Positions 1 to 12,232 are shown, numbered from the stretch's first letter. The stretch is DNA of 64,000 nucleotides from IMGVR_UViG_3300044712_001462:124001-188000; one strand, 5' to 3'. Notes: a model not told the origin generated them from the letters alone. Translations and numbers: made by a program.

Positions 1-264
1 TTGGGGGTCCTCGTTATGAATCCAGCCGTTTTCAGCCCAAAAGCGTGATCCGCGCAGTATCGCAACGTGCGCTTTGTTGTGTTGTCCACCAATAATCGTG
101 TAAACCATAAACCCCTGTCTTTCTATTTACCCAGAATGAATCCTATTTCGCTGAATTACCCATTACCCAGTTGTTGCTCTCTCGGCATTGTCATCTGTAC
201 TTGAAAACACCTGACCAAAAGGTATGTTTGGATGCCCAGTTGCGTTGTCTGGCGCTGTAATACC

Positions 265-585
265 TCATACCCCGTGTGTCCCCTCTACAGCTCTCAGCTC
301 CCTATTCTTTGTCCTCTCATTGAGAACTCTCAGAGCCTCAGCCAGGTAATGCACGGCTAAGGCATTTTCTTCACAGTTGAACTTACTGTTCTGGTAGAAG
401 TTGATCCTATCCTTCGCCGCGGCAATCACATCCTCAACGAACGCTCCATTAGGCTCTTTGCGCTCTTCTCCTCTACCCAGAGGACCATTCTGCCAGCTAA
501 TCGTAAATCCCTTACCCGTCGTCACTCCACCAGCAGGATTACCGTTTTGATCTACCCAGTGCCGACTAAAAAACCCCTGTTGCAT
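265..585 (-). CDS. tad1: Tad1-family anti-Thoeris/anti-CBASS nucleotide-signal sponge
   Basis: ISWQNGP...NGAFVEDVIAAAKDRINFYQNSKFNCEENALAVHYLAEALRVLNERTKNRELRAVEGT matches the recalled Tad1 pattern (IxFQxG...G...DL....DRL..FQ...F..RENA.AL..EEAL.W...R...R..R.V.GT). Start moved to the ATG at 585. Confidence 0.8.
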   Translation of the reverse strand: MQQGFFSRHWVDQNGNPAGGVTTGKGFTISWQNGPLGRGEERKEPNGAFVEDVIAAAKDRINFYQNSKFNCEENALAVHYLAEALRVLNERTKNRELRAVEGTHGV

Positions 586-814
586 CGATCTATTCCCCCA
601 CTTGTATCCAACAATCACTGCAAAACGTCTTATTTCAACTATGACTGATCTGTGTTAGCGCTATCAGAGTCTGCGATTACCCAGTAGTTATCTGCTGGGA
701 AATACAGCCTGTTATCACCAATCTCGAGATAGTCGTCATTCGGCTTGAAGAAAGCCTTGATCTTCTCAAGCTCTTCACACGTCTTGATGTATTTAGGAAC
801 ATCCATACGCGCGA

Positions 815-1639
815 TTATGACAACCCAAAGGCTTTAGGCACTAGACTAGTTACTAATCCAGCCCACATCCCTGTTGATTTGAGTTTGTCTTGTGTCTCTG
901 GGGGCATACCCATCAAGGCTCCTAAGCCTGCGCCTACTAATGCTCCAGAGAGATATCCAGCGCCCATCCCAGCCGCCATACGACCTACATCCATAGGCGT
1001 AACCCATCTTGGATTCTGTTTACCGGGCAGATTGGCAGCACCCGTAAGAAGTCCTGTAGCAGCCGCTTGCATCTGAGGTGTCATAGGCTGCGAAACACGG
1101 GGATCCTTCCACACAATCTGGTTGAATTCATTGACGTCAATGGGCTCGAGATCAAACAACCCAGTAGTAGACTGATAAGCCTGTTTGATTGTCTCGTGGG
1201 CTTCTTGTGGTAAAGTCTTCACTGCTGACTGCCACATCGACATATCGTTAAACGGCTTATTCCCTATCAGATTCGTAGCGCCCATCCCGGCTGGAATAGT
1301 GGCTCCTAAGGCACCCCCCAATAGAGCTAAACTACGTCGTAATTTCCCTCTTTCCCAGTTATTTGGAAGGAGTTTCTCGCCTAATGCGCCTGCCCCGTAT
1401 CCAAGCCCAGCGCCAGCGAGTCCTCCGAAAAGCATGCCTGTTAATGGAGAAGCATGATTGGGGATTGTTCCTAAGTACTTACCAGGTAAGTAGTTAAGGT
1501 TTTGAGCGATTGTTGCTAGGTAGTCAGAATACCCAGACTCTTTCGTCCAGGCCTCAGCAATCGCCTCTCTATGCTCTTCTGCCAGCTTAGCGAGACGCTC
1601 TGGGACCAGTCGCCACTGAAGATGGGAGAGGAGATCCAT
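815..1639 (-). CDS. Gly/Ala-rich protein with glycine-zipper hydrophobic helices (membrane or virion-internal)
   Basis: 274 aa; several GxxxG-rich segments (GGLAGAGLGYGAGALG; GMGAGYLSGALVGAGLGALMG). Confidence 0.55.
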   Translation of the reverse strand: MDLLSHLQWRLVPERLAKLAEEHREAIAEAWTKESGYSDYLATIAQNLNYLPGKYLGTIPNHASPLTGMLFGGLAGAGLGYGAGALGEKLLPNNWERGKLRRSLALLGGALGATIPAGMGATNLIGNKPFNDMSMWQSAVKTLPQEAHETIKQAYQSTTGLFDLEPIDVNEFNQIVWKDPRVSQPMTPQMQAAATGLLTGAANLPGKQNPRWVTPMDVGRMAAGMGAGYLSGALVGAGLGALMGMPPETQDKLKSTGMWAGLVTSLVPKAFGLS

Positions 1640-1959
1640 TAAAACTGCTCCACAACCTTGTCTACTGGATGAGAGATCACAGGGTTCTCACCCCTCAGAT
1701 ATTCCCTGAAACGATCCCATTTTTGGGAATCAGGAAGATATGCCATCCTCGTCGCTTCATCCGCATACGCTAACTGAACGTTACGTTTCCCCTGTTGCCA
1801 CACCGATTGAAGGTGATTTGAGAGGTTTTTGAGGAGTGGCTGATGCTCATTCCAGATCAAGGGAGTCTGTTGAATCGCTCGTAAGGCATAGCTCTGAGTC
1901 GCGTCTTTGGTGAATCCTAGGCGCTCGAGCTCGGCATCATCCCAAGGTACTTCATCCAT
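1639..1959 (-). CDS. hypothetical protein
   Basis: The ORF track starts inside the tRNA; the likely start is the ATG at 1959 after GAGG. Coupled to the next gene through TAATG. Confidence 0.6.
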   Translation of the reverse strand: MDEVPWDDAELERLGFTKDATQSYALRAIQQTPLIWNEHQPLLKNLSNHLQSVWQQGKRNVQLAYADEATRMAYLPDSQKWDRFREYLRGENPVISHPVDKVVEQF

Positions 1960-1982
1960 AAAGTAATCCTCTAAGAGGGTAA

Positions 1983-2054
1983 AGCCGACGACTGGATTCG
2001 AACCAGTGTAAACTGATTTACAAAAACAGCGCCTAGCCACTCAGCCACGTCGGC
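1983..2054 (-). tRNA. trnT: tRNA-Thr(UGU), CCA not encoded
   Basis: Reverse complement GCCGACG-TGGCTGAGTGGCTAGGC-G-CTGTT TT TGT AA ATCAG-TTTAC-ACTGG TTCGAAT CCAGT-CGTCGGC-T. 7-bp acceptor stem, T-loop TTCGAAT, anticodon TGT, one U-U mismatch in the anticodon stem. Confidence 0.9.
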
Positions 2055-2095
2055 ACTAAATAATTGTAGCGCAGAGAGTTAAAACGCTGATAGCT

Positions 2096-2127
2096 AAAAA
2101 AAAAGACCCCACATTACTGTGAGGTCT
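2096..2127 (-). terminator. intrinsic terminator
   Basis: AGACCTCACA-GTAA-TGTGGGGTCT stem followed by a U-tract on the minus strand. Confidence 0.85.
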
Positions 2128-4115
2128 CTCTTTCGCAGTCTAACAACGGTTCAACTTGAAAGCGCACTCCCCGCGGCTCTCAGTCGCCGAATCATATCAC
2201 TCCGCAAATCTTCCCAAGCCTCATAGAGCTCAGATATGCCTGGCAGATCCTTAATCATCTCCATGGCCTCTTGCTCTACCTCCCACGTCCAATGCTCCTT
2301 AAAGGCGTCGAGGAACTTGCGAAAATCAACCTCTTTCCCCTCGATCGAGAACTCAATTCGGTAGTTCCCGTCCGGTGTTGGATCAGAAAAATCCCCAAGC
2401 GCCGCCATGATCGCACGCAGGAAGATTATTTTCTGGGTATGAGGTAACTGGGGATCATCAAACTTGATCACTTGCATTTCTTGATTTCCTTACTCAGCAG
2501 CTCACCCAAACGCCGGATTACCGAGTAGATGTTCGCCCGACCATCCCCGCTCTTCTCGTAATCCGCATCTGCAGAGAAGAACAGATTACGGCCAAAATGA
2601 CCGTTCCAATCTACCGTGTTGTAAAAGGCACCAGCTTTCTCCAAGGCATTAATCACCTTGGTTACAGACAGCCTATCCAAGGCCTCCCACTGCTCTTCGG
2701 TGAGAGGCACACAGACATCAAAGCGGGTAATCTCGTAATTCAGCTCCACCATTAATTGTTCTCCTCGTCAGGACTCTCAGCAGCCACCTCCAAGCCAATC
2801 TCACTTAGCGCTTTAGTGAGAGCGTCTTGAGATAGCTCGGAGCGCTGATCATTGTTCACGTTTACCGATCTTGGGAAACACCCCGCCTTTGAGAGCAGAA
2901 TGAATCAGGTTCAAAGTCTGACCTGGGCTGAACGTCTCAGACAATCTGTCATATAGCTCGTTGACCGAGGATACAACCCACTGAACGTCGTCTTCCATCT
3001 GGAGGGCTGGGGGCTTCGGCGCACCCGTCCCAGAGGCTGTAAGTATCTCCAGAGCCGAAAGAGCCTGTTGCATGAGATACGCGTCGTAGCCTGGTGAGCC
3101 ATGCAGCTGTCCAAGACGCGTTTTCAGAAGTTCAATAATCTCGAAGGGAGTCTTCTTTACAAAAGTATCTTCCGATTTACTGCCAGTAACTTCCACTGGT
3201 ACCTCCTTAGCGTTGTACGTCCGCTTGACTCGCTCCACCACTAGGAATTTGGTTCCACAGTGCGTGCACTGAGCCAGAAGCTCTGAGCCACATCGGGTGA
3301 CGGGTAGATGCGAGAGAACAAGCTGTCTTGAACACGCAGGACAAAACGGAACAGAAGTATTTTCGGCAAACAAGAACTCAGTACTCATACCGGATGTACC
3401 TTTGCTGAATTGGGGACAACGAAGCCATCGTGGTCAATATCCGCAGACAACAGAAAAGCCGCCTTTCTCCCGTCTGACTCCACCTGCTTCAAGGCTTGTT
3501 CCCTCGTGCCTCGCCAGAACTCGGCAATACCATCCGTAGTGATTACACGCCAGCGCTGGGTGACCGGAGGAACAAGTGCGTCATCTGACCATCTTCGGTC
3601 AACAAACGTCGTACCGTCTGTGTGGTAGGTGCTTATAAAACGATCATCTCCCGCAGCGCTTTCGACCACACCTATCAGAGTATGCTTCTCAGGCGCGCCT
3701 ATTGCCAACTCCGGAGGAAGTTCAGCCACGATCGTAACATCCCTATCAAAACCATCCTTATACCTACCCAAACCAAACTTATAGCCCACTGGTTTCTCCT
3801 CTTCTGTTTTGGACTCTGTGATAGCGCTATTTCGATTCAACAACTCATCCACCTCTATGAACCACCTGCGAGGTAGGTAAATATCCGCCTCCTGTTTCTC
3901 TCGCTCGTTTCGCTCGCCTTCGTAGGCGGAAGTCGCGTCCCAGGCTTCTACTAAGAGCTTGTGGTACCAGTTCAAAGCTCCCAGAATATCTAGAGCGTGC
4001 GCTTTGCCGTACCGAGCGTGAATCTCGCAAAGAGAGCTGCAGTAGTTCTGCGTCTCCATGGCTGTACACGAAGTATCCGTGTCATACTCTCCGCCGCACT
4101 GCTTACACGTTAATC

Positions 4116-4520
4116 TCATGCGCTCTCCTCATACCTCTTCATCTGTTTTGCCCGACACTCAGCACACTTCGTCGTAATCCAGCCTCGAGGGGCCGCAACG
4201 GTAACCCCCTCTGTAGAGCCGCACTCCTCACATATCTCATACGATCGCTTTTCAGCCTGCTCTACCGCGTTATACGCCTCGATAGACGAGCCAGACGTGT
4301 AAAATCTCAAGCCCCCAAATTTCTCTTTGATCTGGTAGATCTCGAAATCTTCGGGAACTCCTAATTGTTCCAGCTCTAGGCAGAGATCCCAGAGCAGCTG
4401 AAACCAACCATCCGCACATTCCAGCCCAAACGCCATATTGGATTCCATCGGGGACTTTGTCATCCCGCGGAACCAATTAGGCCATCTCGCTGGGAACTTA
4501 TTTGCTAACTCTTTGCGCAT
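4116..4520 (-). CDS. conserved phage protein (QIKEKFGGLRFY family) with C-terminal zinc ribbon
   Basis: GWFQLL...QIKEKFGGLRFY...ICEECG...GWITTKC motif, recalled as widespread in phages; function unknown. Confidence 0.7.
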   Translation of the reverse strand: MRKELANKFPARWPNWFRGMTKSPMESNMAFGLECADGWFQLLWDLCLELEQLGVPEDFEIYQIKEKFGGLRFYTSGSSIEAYNAVEQAEKRSYEICEECGSTEGVTVAAPRGWITTKCAECRAKQMKRYEESA

Positions 4521-6926
4521 AGTACCTCGTGAGCTTTCCGGTAGTCTTTTACCAGTAAGTCAAAGTGATGAGTGTGATGATCGAGAGCATATTCAGGGAT
4601 CTGGGCCCCGACGTTCGCAAAGGGAATCAGCGCCGTCGTCAGACTTTGGATCTGCTTACGCGCTGCAGAAAGTGGATGATCTGGACATTGTTCAACATGC
4701 TGAGTTAGCACATCGGCCATGGAAACCGGTGTACTATCCGCAGGTCCGTAGCGATGCCCGCAGTAAACACAGTTTACGTATGTGCCTTCCTGCAAGTCAT
4801 TAACCTGAGATTCAAGCCGCCCAATACGAGCTTTGAGATCCTTAATCTCCTGAGCTTGGGCGTCACAGATCAATGCGAGGTCTGACTTTAAAACATCAGA
4901 ATCTACCTGAAACGTCCTGTTACACTGAGGACAATCCGCTTCAATTAACATTCCTCATCCCCCGTCGTGTCCAACAGAACATAGAGTCGCGCACAACAAG
5001 CCAGGTGTACGGAAACAGCTAACGCCGAGGCTATGTAACTACCCGTCCCTGTAACGTTGTACATAGCTATCACGGCGCAGATGAGCGTCAGCACTACCCA
5101 GAGCAGGCACCACAGTTTCTCACTCATACGATTCATCCTCCTCAGCGTCGTAACTGGGATACTCAGCAGCAGGATCCATCCACTCTCCTACGCAGAACAC
5201 TTCCACACGTCCGTTTTCAAACCGAAAATTATCCTCAAAACCATCCAGCCCTACGGCAGCCATGTAAATACGATTCTTCAACAGGCTGATGATCTGCTTA
5301 TCCACAGCAATCTGACCGCGAAGCTCGTTAATTTCGTTTTTAGCCCGGGCCAGTAATGTGTAAGCATCAGAACTCACACCTTCCAGATACTCTTGAATAT
5401 CCTTGGTGATATCCGTAGACCGTTCTTCCTGTGTCATATTCAGCCTCCTAGTCCTTTAGCCTTGTCCCGCCAGTAATCACGATCGTTTTCAAGTACCTGG
5501 ATAAGACGCGCAGCATCCTTAAAGATACCGGCATTACTCCCGCCGAGTAACTTTCTGATTCTCTCCTTCGGGGTAGCATGAGGATAAAGCGCATCGAGCA
5601 GAAGGTCAGACGCCGTCTGTCCGCGTTCCGCCAGCTCCGCCGCAATCTCCTCCTGTTCGTCACAGTAAGCCTTGAACTTATTCAAGGCTGAAACCAGCGC
5701 GTTGTGACTTGTTTCTGACTTTCCGGCTTGTCGACCAACCCGGATCAGACTCTCAGTAACAAACTTGTTCAGCTCTTCATTACCGTCGCCCATCATTACT
5801 CCTCCTCAGGGTCATCCCACCAATGTGAATCACCATGCTCAAGACCACACTCGACAAACGGCGCATGCTTACGAGCCGTATGCCAGGCCACTTCCTCGTC
5901 GGTTAGTTCCCGACAAGGCTTATCAAAAGAGAAAAGCCACCACTTTCCATTGTGTAAGCGGTGACTTTGATGAAAAAGATCGCCAATCAACTCTGCTAAA
6001 TCACTCGCTTTCATTCATCTCCCATCGTTCATTCTCACGGACCTCAATCTGGTCCAGTGCGGCACACAGAGCGTCTTGTAGCTTATCTCGCTGAGCGCTC
6101 ATATCGCTAATCAGCGACTCAGTCTCCTCAATCGTCGCCACGGACATCGCTTCAGAGCCCTCGAGCTCTTTGATCCGCTCATCTCGTTCTCTAACCATCC
6201 GGATCAGAGTAATAATCGACGAGAAGATCACTTGCCTCACTGCGTCCAGCATGTCCTCAGAATACCAGTCCCGAAGTACCGCTGGGTCAATAATTCCCAA
6301 CGGCCAAAGACCGTTTTCTGTCTGTCTCCACTCTGGCATAGTTAACTCCTTTACCGCAGGTGCCACACATAAGAACGCCAGGTTGGACAGAGATCCTCAA
6401 GGTCTTTCTGCAGTCTATCAAACGGCAGAATGCCACACTGTATGCGCTGCGTCGAATCCCACTGCTTATCGCGGATGACCATCTCAATAGCCCTGATCGC
6501 GTCTCGATCCTGGTCGCTGTACTGCATCCAGCTTGATTCATGCAAAAACGTAGCCACAGCCTTCACCAGCCACTCAAATTTCCGCGTCATCTCCGAGGCC
6601 GAATTCACCGTCTCATAAGAATCAATAAGGTGGTTCCAAGTACACCCTTCCAAAGAATCAGCCAACTCTCGCAGATTATGCGACAACTCACTCAGTGTCA
6701 TATTACCTCCGATACTAATTGTTCCGCCTCTTCTACCCATTCTTCTGGCAACTCTAGTCGCCATTGACCGGCAACGAATTCACCCTCATCTACGCCATCT
6801 AAAGCTCGACCCAGCAGAGTATGTGCTTTCGTGCCCCATATCTTCCAGCGCATAATTTCAGCGCTTCTCCAGCAGCAATCGCACAGGACTTTGGCTGGAT
6901 CGTCGTTGATGGCGTAGGAGCCACAC

Positions 6927-7253
6927 TTACATTGTTGGGACATACATAAGCTCCTCCCACAGGTTCAGGACAGTGCTCCCAATACAGGTGGCGTTGTGGG
7001 ATGTGCCGTACTCGCTGATCCAGCAAGTCGTGTACTCATGCATAAAGAACTCGCCGCCGTGAAAACCCTCGTACGTGGATCCCAGCGCGTTTCGGGCGTG
7101 ATTCAACATGTCTCCAATACACGCATCTTCCTTAGGCTCAAAAGCCAGATCGTCGTAGATACCCCTGAACGAGTCTGGGCTCCCAAATCCGTGAGGGACA
7201 TGGGCCTTAGGATCCTGTTTCTCCAACCACTCAATAAGGTCTTTTAGGAACAC
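6927..7253 (-). CDS. conserved phage hypothetical protein
   Basis: SFRGIYDDLAFEP...YEGFHGGEF.M...T..W motif typical of a recurrent phage family. Confidence 0.55.
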   Translation of the reverse strand: MFLKDLIEWLEKQDPKAHVPHGFGSPDSFRGIYDDLAFEPKEDACIGDMLNHARNALGSTYEGFHGGEFFMHEYTTCWISEYGTSHNATCIGSTVLNLWEELMYVPTM

Positions 7254-7532
7254 GGCATACTCACTTTCTATGCTTCACAGGTACACAATTCCGATTCCGC
7301 CACATGAACACCTCCGCAGGTCGGGCAGTGGTATTTGGCCCTAGCGGCCCGCGCATAAACACGCCACCGCGTGAGCCGTTCATTTTCAGCTTGCGCCTCC
7401 GCGAGCTGCTGTTGGATATTTCCCTCCATCACGAACACGGTCGTCGGATTATGCTCATCATTCTGCTGCTGATTCAGCCAATCGATCAGTCGGCGCAACA
7501 GCTTACCGTCATTCGTTATTATGCACGTACTA

Positions 7533-7697
7533 CTAACCACGATCCCCTCCCGCCTCGGCGGCTTCTGGATTGCGTTTCTCATCTCGTTTGCGTTGCGCGA
7601 TTTCAGCCTCGCGTTTTCGCTCCATAGCACGAAACATGTCATCCCATGTGCAGTAACACGCAAGCCTCAACGTCGATCCACAATTAGGACACAACAC
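7533..7697 (-). CDS. small zinc-finger protein (54 aa, not in the ORF track)
   Basis: GTG start after GGAGGGGATC; translates VLCPNCGSTLRLACYC...EAAEAGGDRG*. Confidence 0.6.
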   Translation of the reverse strand: MLCPNCGSTLRLACYCTWDDMFRAMERKREAEIAQRKRDEKRNPEAAEAGGDRG

Positions 7698-8249
7698 GAT
7701 CCCCTCCCGCCTCTTTGGCTCTACTCGTCACTACTTGAAAAGAACATGACCGTCGCCAGCACAGCTGTGATGAACGCACCCTCCATGCCGAGAACTGCTG
7801 CTGCCACCGCTAGCCCCGTCGTGAAACCAGCCAGGAACATTCTGATGGACCTCATTTATCCCCTCCAGCATTCGTGTAAAACCACAACTCTTTGCGACAT
7901 TTTGCTAGCTCCGCGTTACTCAGGTGAGTAAGCCGCTCCCACTCTCGCGCATTCCTCTGGGCGTCTTCGTGTTCCAAAGCACGGCCTAGCGCCAATCCGC
8001 ACAGAAACGTGAACGCCGATATCGCAACACTCAGAACCACGGTGTCCAGCCAGTCACTCACTCCACACCTCCCGCCTTACTCGACTGATTCCATCACGGC
8101 CTCAAGCTCCATCCATATATTACCAACGGCAACATACCACGAGTACATTCCGCGTCCGTCCTTATCACGAAGTAGCTTCGCAAGTCGCTCAGCGATCTCC
8201 GCTGCCTTGTCAACGTCGAATGCTTCACTACTCACGATCCCCTCCCGCC
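7538..8249 (-). repeat. gene-junction repeat GGCGGGAGGGGATCGTG, 3 copies
   Basis: Plus-strand CACGATCCCCTCCCGCC at 7538-7554, 7695-7711 and 8233-8249; the first two copies are identical over 19 nt. Confidence 0.9.
7721..7855 (-). CDS. small membrane protein (44 aa, not in the ORF track)
   Basis: MRSIRMFLAGFTTGLAVAAAVLGMEGAFITAVLATVMFFSSSDE*; the ATG overlaps the upstream stop. Confidence 0.6.
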   Translation of the reverse strand: MRSIRMFLAGFTTGLAVAAAVLGMEGAFITAVLATVMFFSSSDE

Positions 8250-11200
8250 GCTGCTCGTTTGATTTCTTTCCACCCGCAATCACACACATGTGCCTCACCT
8301 ATTGAATAGGGGCCGTTAAACGAACAACCACCAGCATGATCTCCGTATTTCAGCAGAGCGTTCTGCGCTTCCGCGAGCTGCTTGGTGAGGGATTCAACTT
8401 GTCGCGACATCTCAGATGCCCGCTTTGTCATCGCAATCAACTGCGACTTTCTCCCTTCCTCGTCCAGTGCGTCCCACAGCAATCCACCTGCTGTTGTCTC
8501 ACTCACTACTCCACCCTCCCTTCGCCGCATTGATTTTGTTAATGGTCTCATCCGTGATCGGTGACTGTTCTGCGACTACAGTTAGTGCCTCTACCCGTCG
8601 TCGCAGTTTGGTATTCTCCGCCCGCGCCTCCGCGAGCTGCCTATCACGCTCTGCAACGTCGAGGCGAGCTGCATCGCGTTCTGCTTGCGTGGTGCCAATA
8701 TCTCGGCACGCTTCCGTGAATGCGTTGAACCACCGCAGTTTTTCTGCATTTGCCTCCGCGAGCTGCTCTCGGAGTTCATCGTTCTCCTGCCGTTCGCGAT
8801 CGTACAGTTCCCATACGTCTCGTTCTCTGCTCACGATCTCCGCCCTTCTTTCTCCGCAATAGCCGCAGCTGCAATCGTGGCATCCGCGACCCAAGCCAAC
8901 TTCATGGACTCAATCTGTTCTCGCAGTTCAGTGATCTGGTCTTCGCGGTTGTTACAGGCCTTAAGCGTGTCGAGGTATTTTGCATGACTGTCACGCGCTG
9001 CCTGTTGATTATCCTCAAGCTGTTTCTTGAGCTCGGCAAGTTGCTTTTCATGCCTTTGAGAAATTCGCAGAGCCAGTCGCTCTCTCGCCTCATCGAACAT
9101 GGCAGCACCAACGCTGGCATAAATGCAGCAGATGTTGTTGATGTCCTTGCGGACTAATTCAGCTTCACTCATGATTTTTTACCGATTTTTGGATCCTGTA
9201 TTTGCAAACTGATAAGAAGTACGCTGTCGGCTGTATTGTCGCGTGCGATTCTGAAGTCCGTTTGTCCAGATGAATCCACACGCACGACAGCGGTATGCAC
9301 GCCTACCATCTAGTGAGCGGCCTTTTTCTACATCTGCACATCGACAGCGCTCACACTTCACAATCTTCTCCTTCTTCCTCGCTGCTGTAGTTCGGATTGA
9401 TCTTGCCGCAGCGGATACAAAATGGTGACTGAAAATAACACCATCTCTCATAGTACAAGAGACCTTTATCTCGCGTACTCACCAGAATTTTGGATATCCA
9501 TCTATGCCCCAGCAAACCACACAGAAACCACCTCAGCATTACTCACTCCTCCACCTGTTTGCGAACATCCATTTTAGCTCTACGCCGAGCACGCTTATTC
9601 ATGGCTCGCTTCACCTGTTTACCCAGGCCTGTCCAGTTGTCATACACCTTGAGAACCCAGCGCCATCCAGACGTCCAATCCATTTCGTTTCCATTCTTGG
9701 CAGGCTCTTTGCGCATCTCTGGTCTCCCTATCAACTCAGAACTCGTATCAAACGCTAATTCCGCGAGCGCCATGTGATAAACATCCAGCCACCTATCGGG
9801 CCAGTAACAAGGATCGTGGTCACAAAAAGGAAGAGGAGCTATGCGCTCCTCGTGATCTGCAATATGGGACGCTCTGAGAGCCAGGTTAGCTGTGTGGTGC
9901 TTCATTGTCCCGTTCGGTAAAACACATGGTTATTCGTCCTCCTGATCGACGGGTTTATCCTGTTCGGGATCGTTTTCGTCCCTATCGGGATTATCCACTA
10001 GCCACGGATAAAACTCTTTCCAGTCCTCAACTAGTTGTCGCAGCTCAGGAATACCTCCCGACATCGGCAGCAACGTAGTCTTAAAAAGGATTTTCGCGGC
10101 TTCTCTAGCTTCCCGTAGATCTTTGTGAATATCCGTCTTGTTCTCAGGAGCCAGATACTTCTCGTGGAGACTGTAAGAGTGTGTGTATGCGGATTCCTGT
10201 CAGCATCCCTGTGCATCCAGCCAGTACTCCGTGTCTGGGATGAACAGCAACACAAAGTGGTCGTCTCGGTAGTCGACTGATTCAATGCGGCCTGTGGCCC
10301 CTCGGGCTAGAGTCTTATCACAATGCTTCCAGCCTCCAGAACAAGGTACTTCTCCCACGATTTTGGCTCTTTCGCCCTCTTTAACCGGCGCAAACCGAGT
10401 AAGAAGCGCCTCACTATGTTTCACCAGTTTATCCAACGTGTACTCGATGGGCCCTTGTCGAAACTTGTTCACCGCTTTGTACAAATACTGTAGAGCCTCT
10501 TTAACGTCATCAATGTCCATCGCAGTCCTCTTCCTTTTTGTGAAAACAAAGGTTCACACGGCGCTCTAGAGCCCTCAATCTGTTCAGTTCGGTAGTCTGG
10601 TCCTCCATCTTCCACCGCAACCGCTCATACCTGAACGACTGAATGACCACCGTCACCGCAGACGCCAGACATAAAACAAACAACATGACATGATCAAACG
10701 CGCTCATCTGAATTCCCTTTCAGCTTGTCGTACTGTTTCCATACCTGACAGAGGATGCACGACTCTTCATAATCAGGACAGCGTTCTCCCCATTGCTCCT
10801 CGATCGCCTCCACGATGGGATCCTTTTCCGGCTCAGCCTCTTCCTGACTGCAAGGTCGCACTGAAGACAAAAACTCAGACTGTCGGATGCGCTCCGCCTC
10901 AAACTCCTGACAGACCTTTGTAATAGCGCTATCTCGATGTCGGATCGACTCTAGGAGCCAGTTGACGGTGAACGTCTTTTGTTCCAGCTCCTTCTTCGCG
11001 GTGACCAGCTGCTTGATCAGCTCTGATTCCCTTCTTGTGCAGTTCCAGTACTGCCCATCATGCCCCCACCAGTACCCATCTGGAAACTCAAGAGCTTGGT
11101 AATCAGTCAGCCCGTCTTCTACTTTGATACCTGTAAAACGCATGCGATCTCCTACTCTGAAAGTCGTTTCACTGTTTCCCTGAGCCGCCGAATCTCTTCC

Positions 11201-11971
11201 ACTGCTTTCCTCAGGGTTTCCGTCTCATGGGCATCCCAGTCGTTCATCCAATCAGCCAAGCCATTCAGAGTCTCGATGATGTCCTCTTCTGGCTCTTCTT
11301 CCTCTTCAGGCTCCTCGCTTGTGAAGCCTAATGCGTAAGCTTCTTTTGAAGATAGCTCGAACTCAGTATCGCTGGGCATACCCTCATTCACAGCCCACGG
11401 GTTTATACCCCGCAACTCACAGAACACGTCCCAGCTGTAGTTGTCTAGCAGCTCTTTTGCCGTCACGACGATCTTCATATCAGGTACTCCCTAGCCCATC
11501 GTTCACCATGTTTGTAATAACGCCGCAAAATGACTGGCTTACCGCCCAGTCGTTTCATCCGCATAGCCAGTCTATAAGCCTGCTTAAAGCTCCAGGCAGG
11601 TCGCCAGCTGGAGCAGGGACCAACCACATCGTCAGCATTAAAATCTATCCACCCTTGTCCCGGTTTCCACCAGAACCAAGTGGTGTTGCCTGGCATGTGA
11701 TCATCATAAATGTGGTAGTGAATCTCTCGTCTCCGTCGGGTCATTCCAGCATCCTCTTTAGCTCATACGTGCTACCGTCGCGGATCGCCTCAATGAGAGG
11801 AACGATCCAGGTATCCACATATACTTCGGTAGCCAGTTGGATCTTCAACGTATCGTCGTCATCAAAACTCGATCCTGGTAAGCGCAGTTTCGCTTCCTTG
11901 TACCGAACTCGGTCGATCAGCTGACGACACGCTTCCTGAACTGTCTTGTTGGGTTTTGGCATCAGCTTCCT

Positions 11972-12232
11972 TTAACTCGTGTGTTTTGAAACGTGACTCT
12001 TCTCCCAGCTCTCACCACCCAGTGCCCACAGCCAGGTGAAGATACATAAGATCGGGTTCGTTCTCCAGAAATACGAAGTCGCCAGGATTGCGACGGTTAG
12101 CCGCGGCGCGAAAAACCAACCTAACCAATACAGCGGACCACCGCCAACGGTAGTTGCCGCCAGCATTGTGATACGCGGAAAGAAGAACATACAAATCAAA
12201 AATCCAATCCCGTGATACTCCCAGAAACTCAT
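11972..12232 (-). CDS. small integral membrane protein
   Basis: Hydrophobic, with repeated FFPRIT/FAPRLT helices. Confidence 0.6.
   Translation of the reverse strand: MSFWEYHGIGFLICMFFFPRITMLAATTVGGGPLYWLGWFFAPRLTVAILATSYFWRTNPILCIFTWLWALGGESWEKSHVSKHTS

Noticed and set aside
1960-2040. N-terminal extension of ORF 1639-2040
   Set aside because: It is mostly the tRNA-Thr sequence read in frame; the SD-supported ATG is at 1959.
7538-8249. CRISPR-like or attC-type array
   Set aside because: The repeats are 17-19 nt, non-palindromic, irregularly spaced and coincide with SD/start codons; no cas or integron integrase gene is present.
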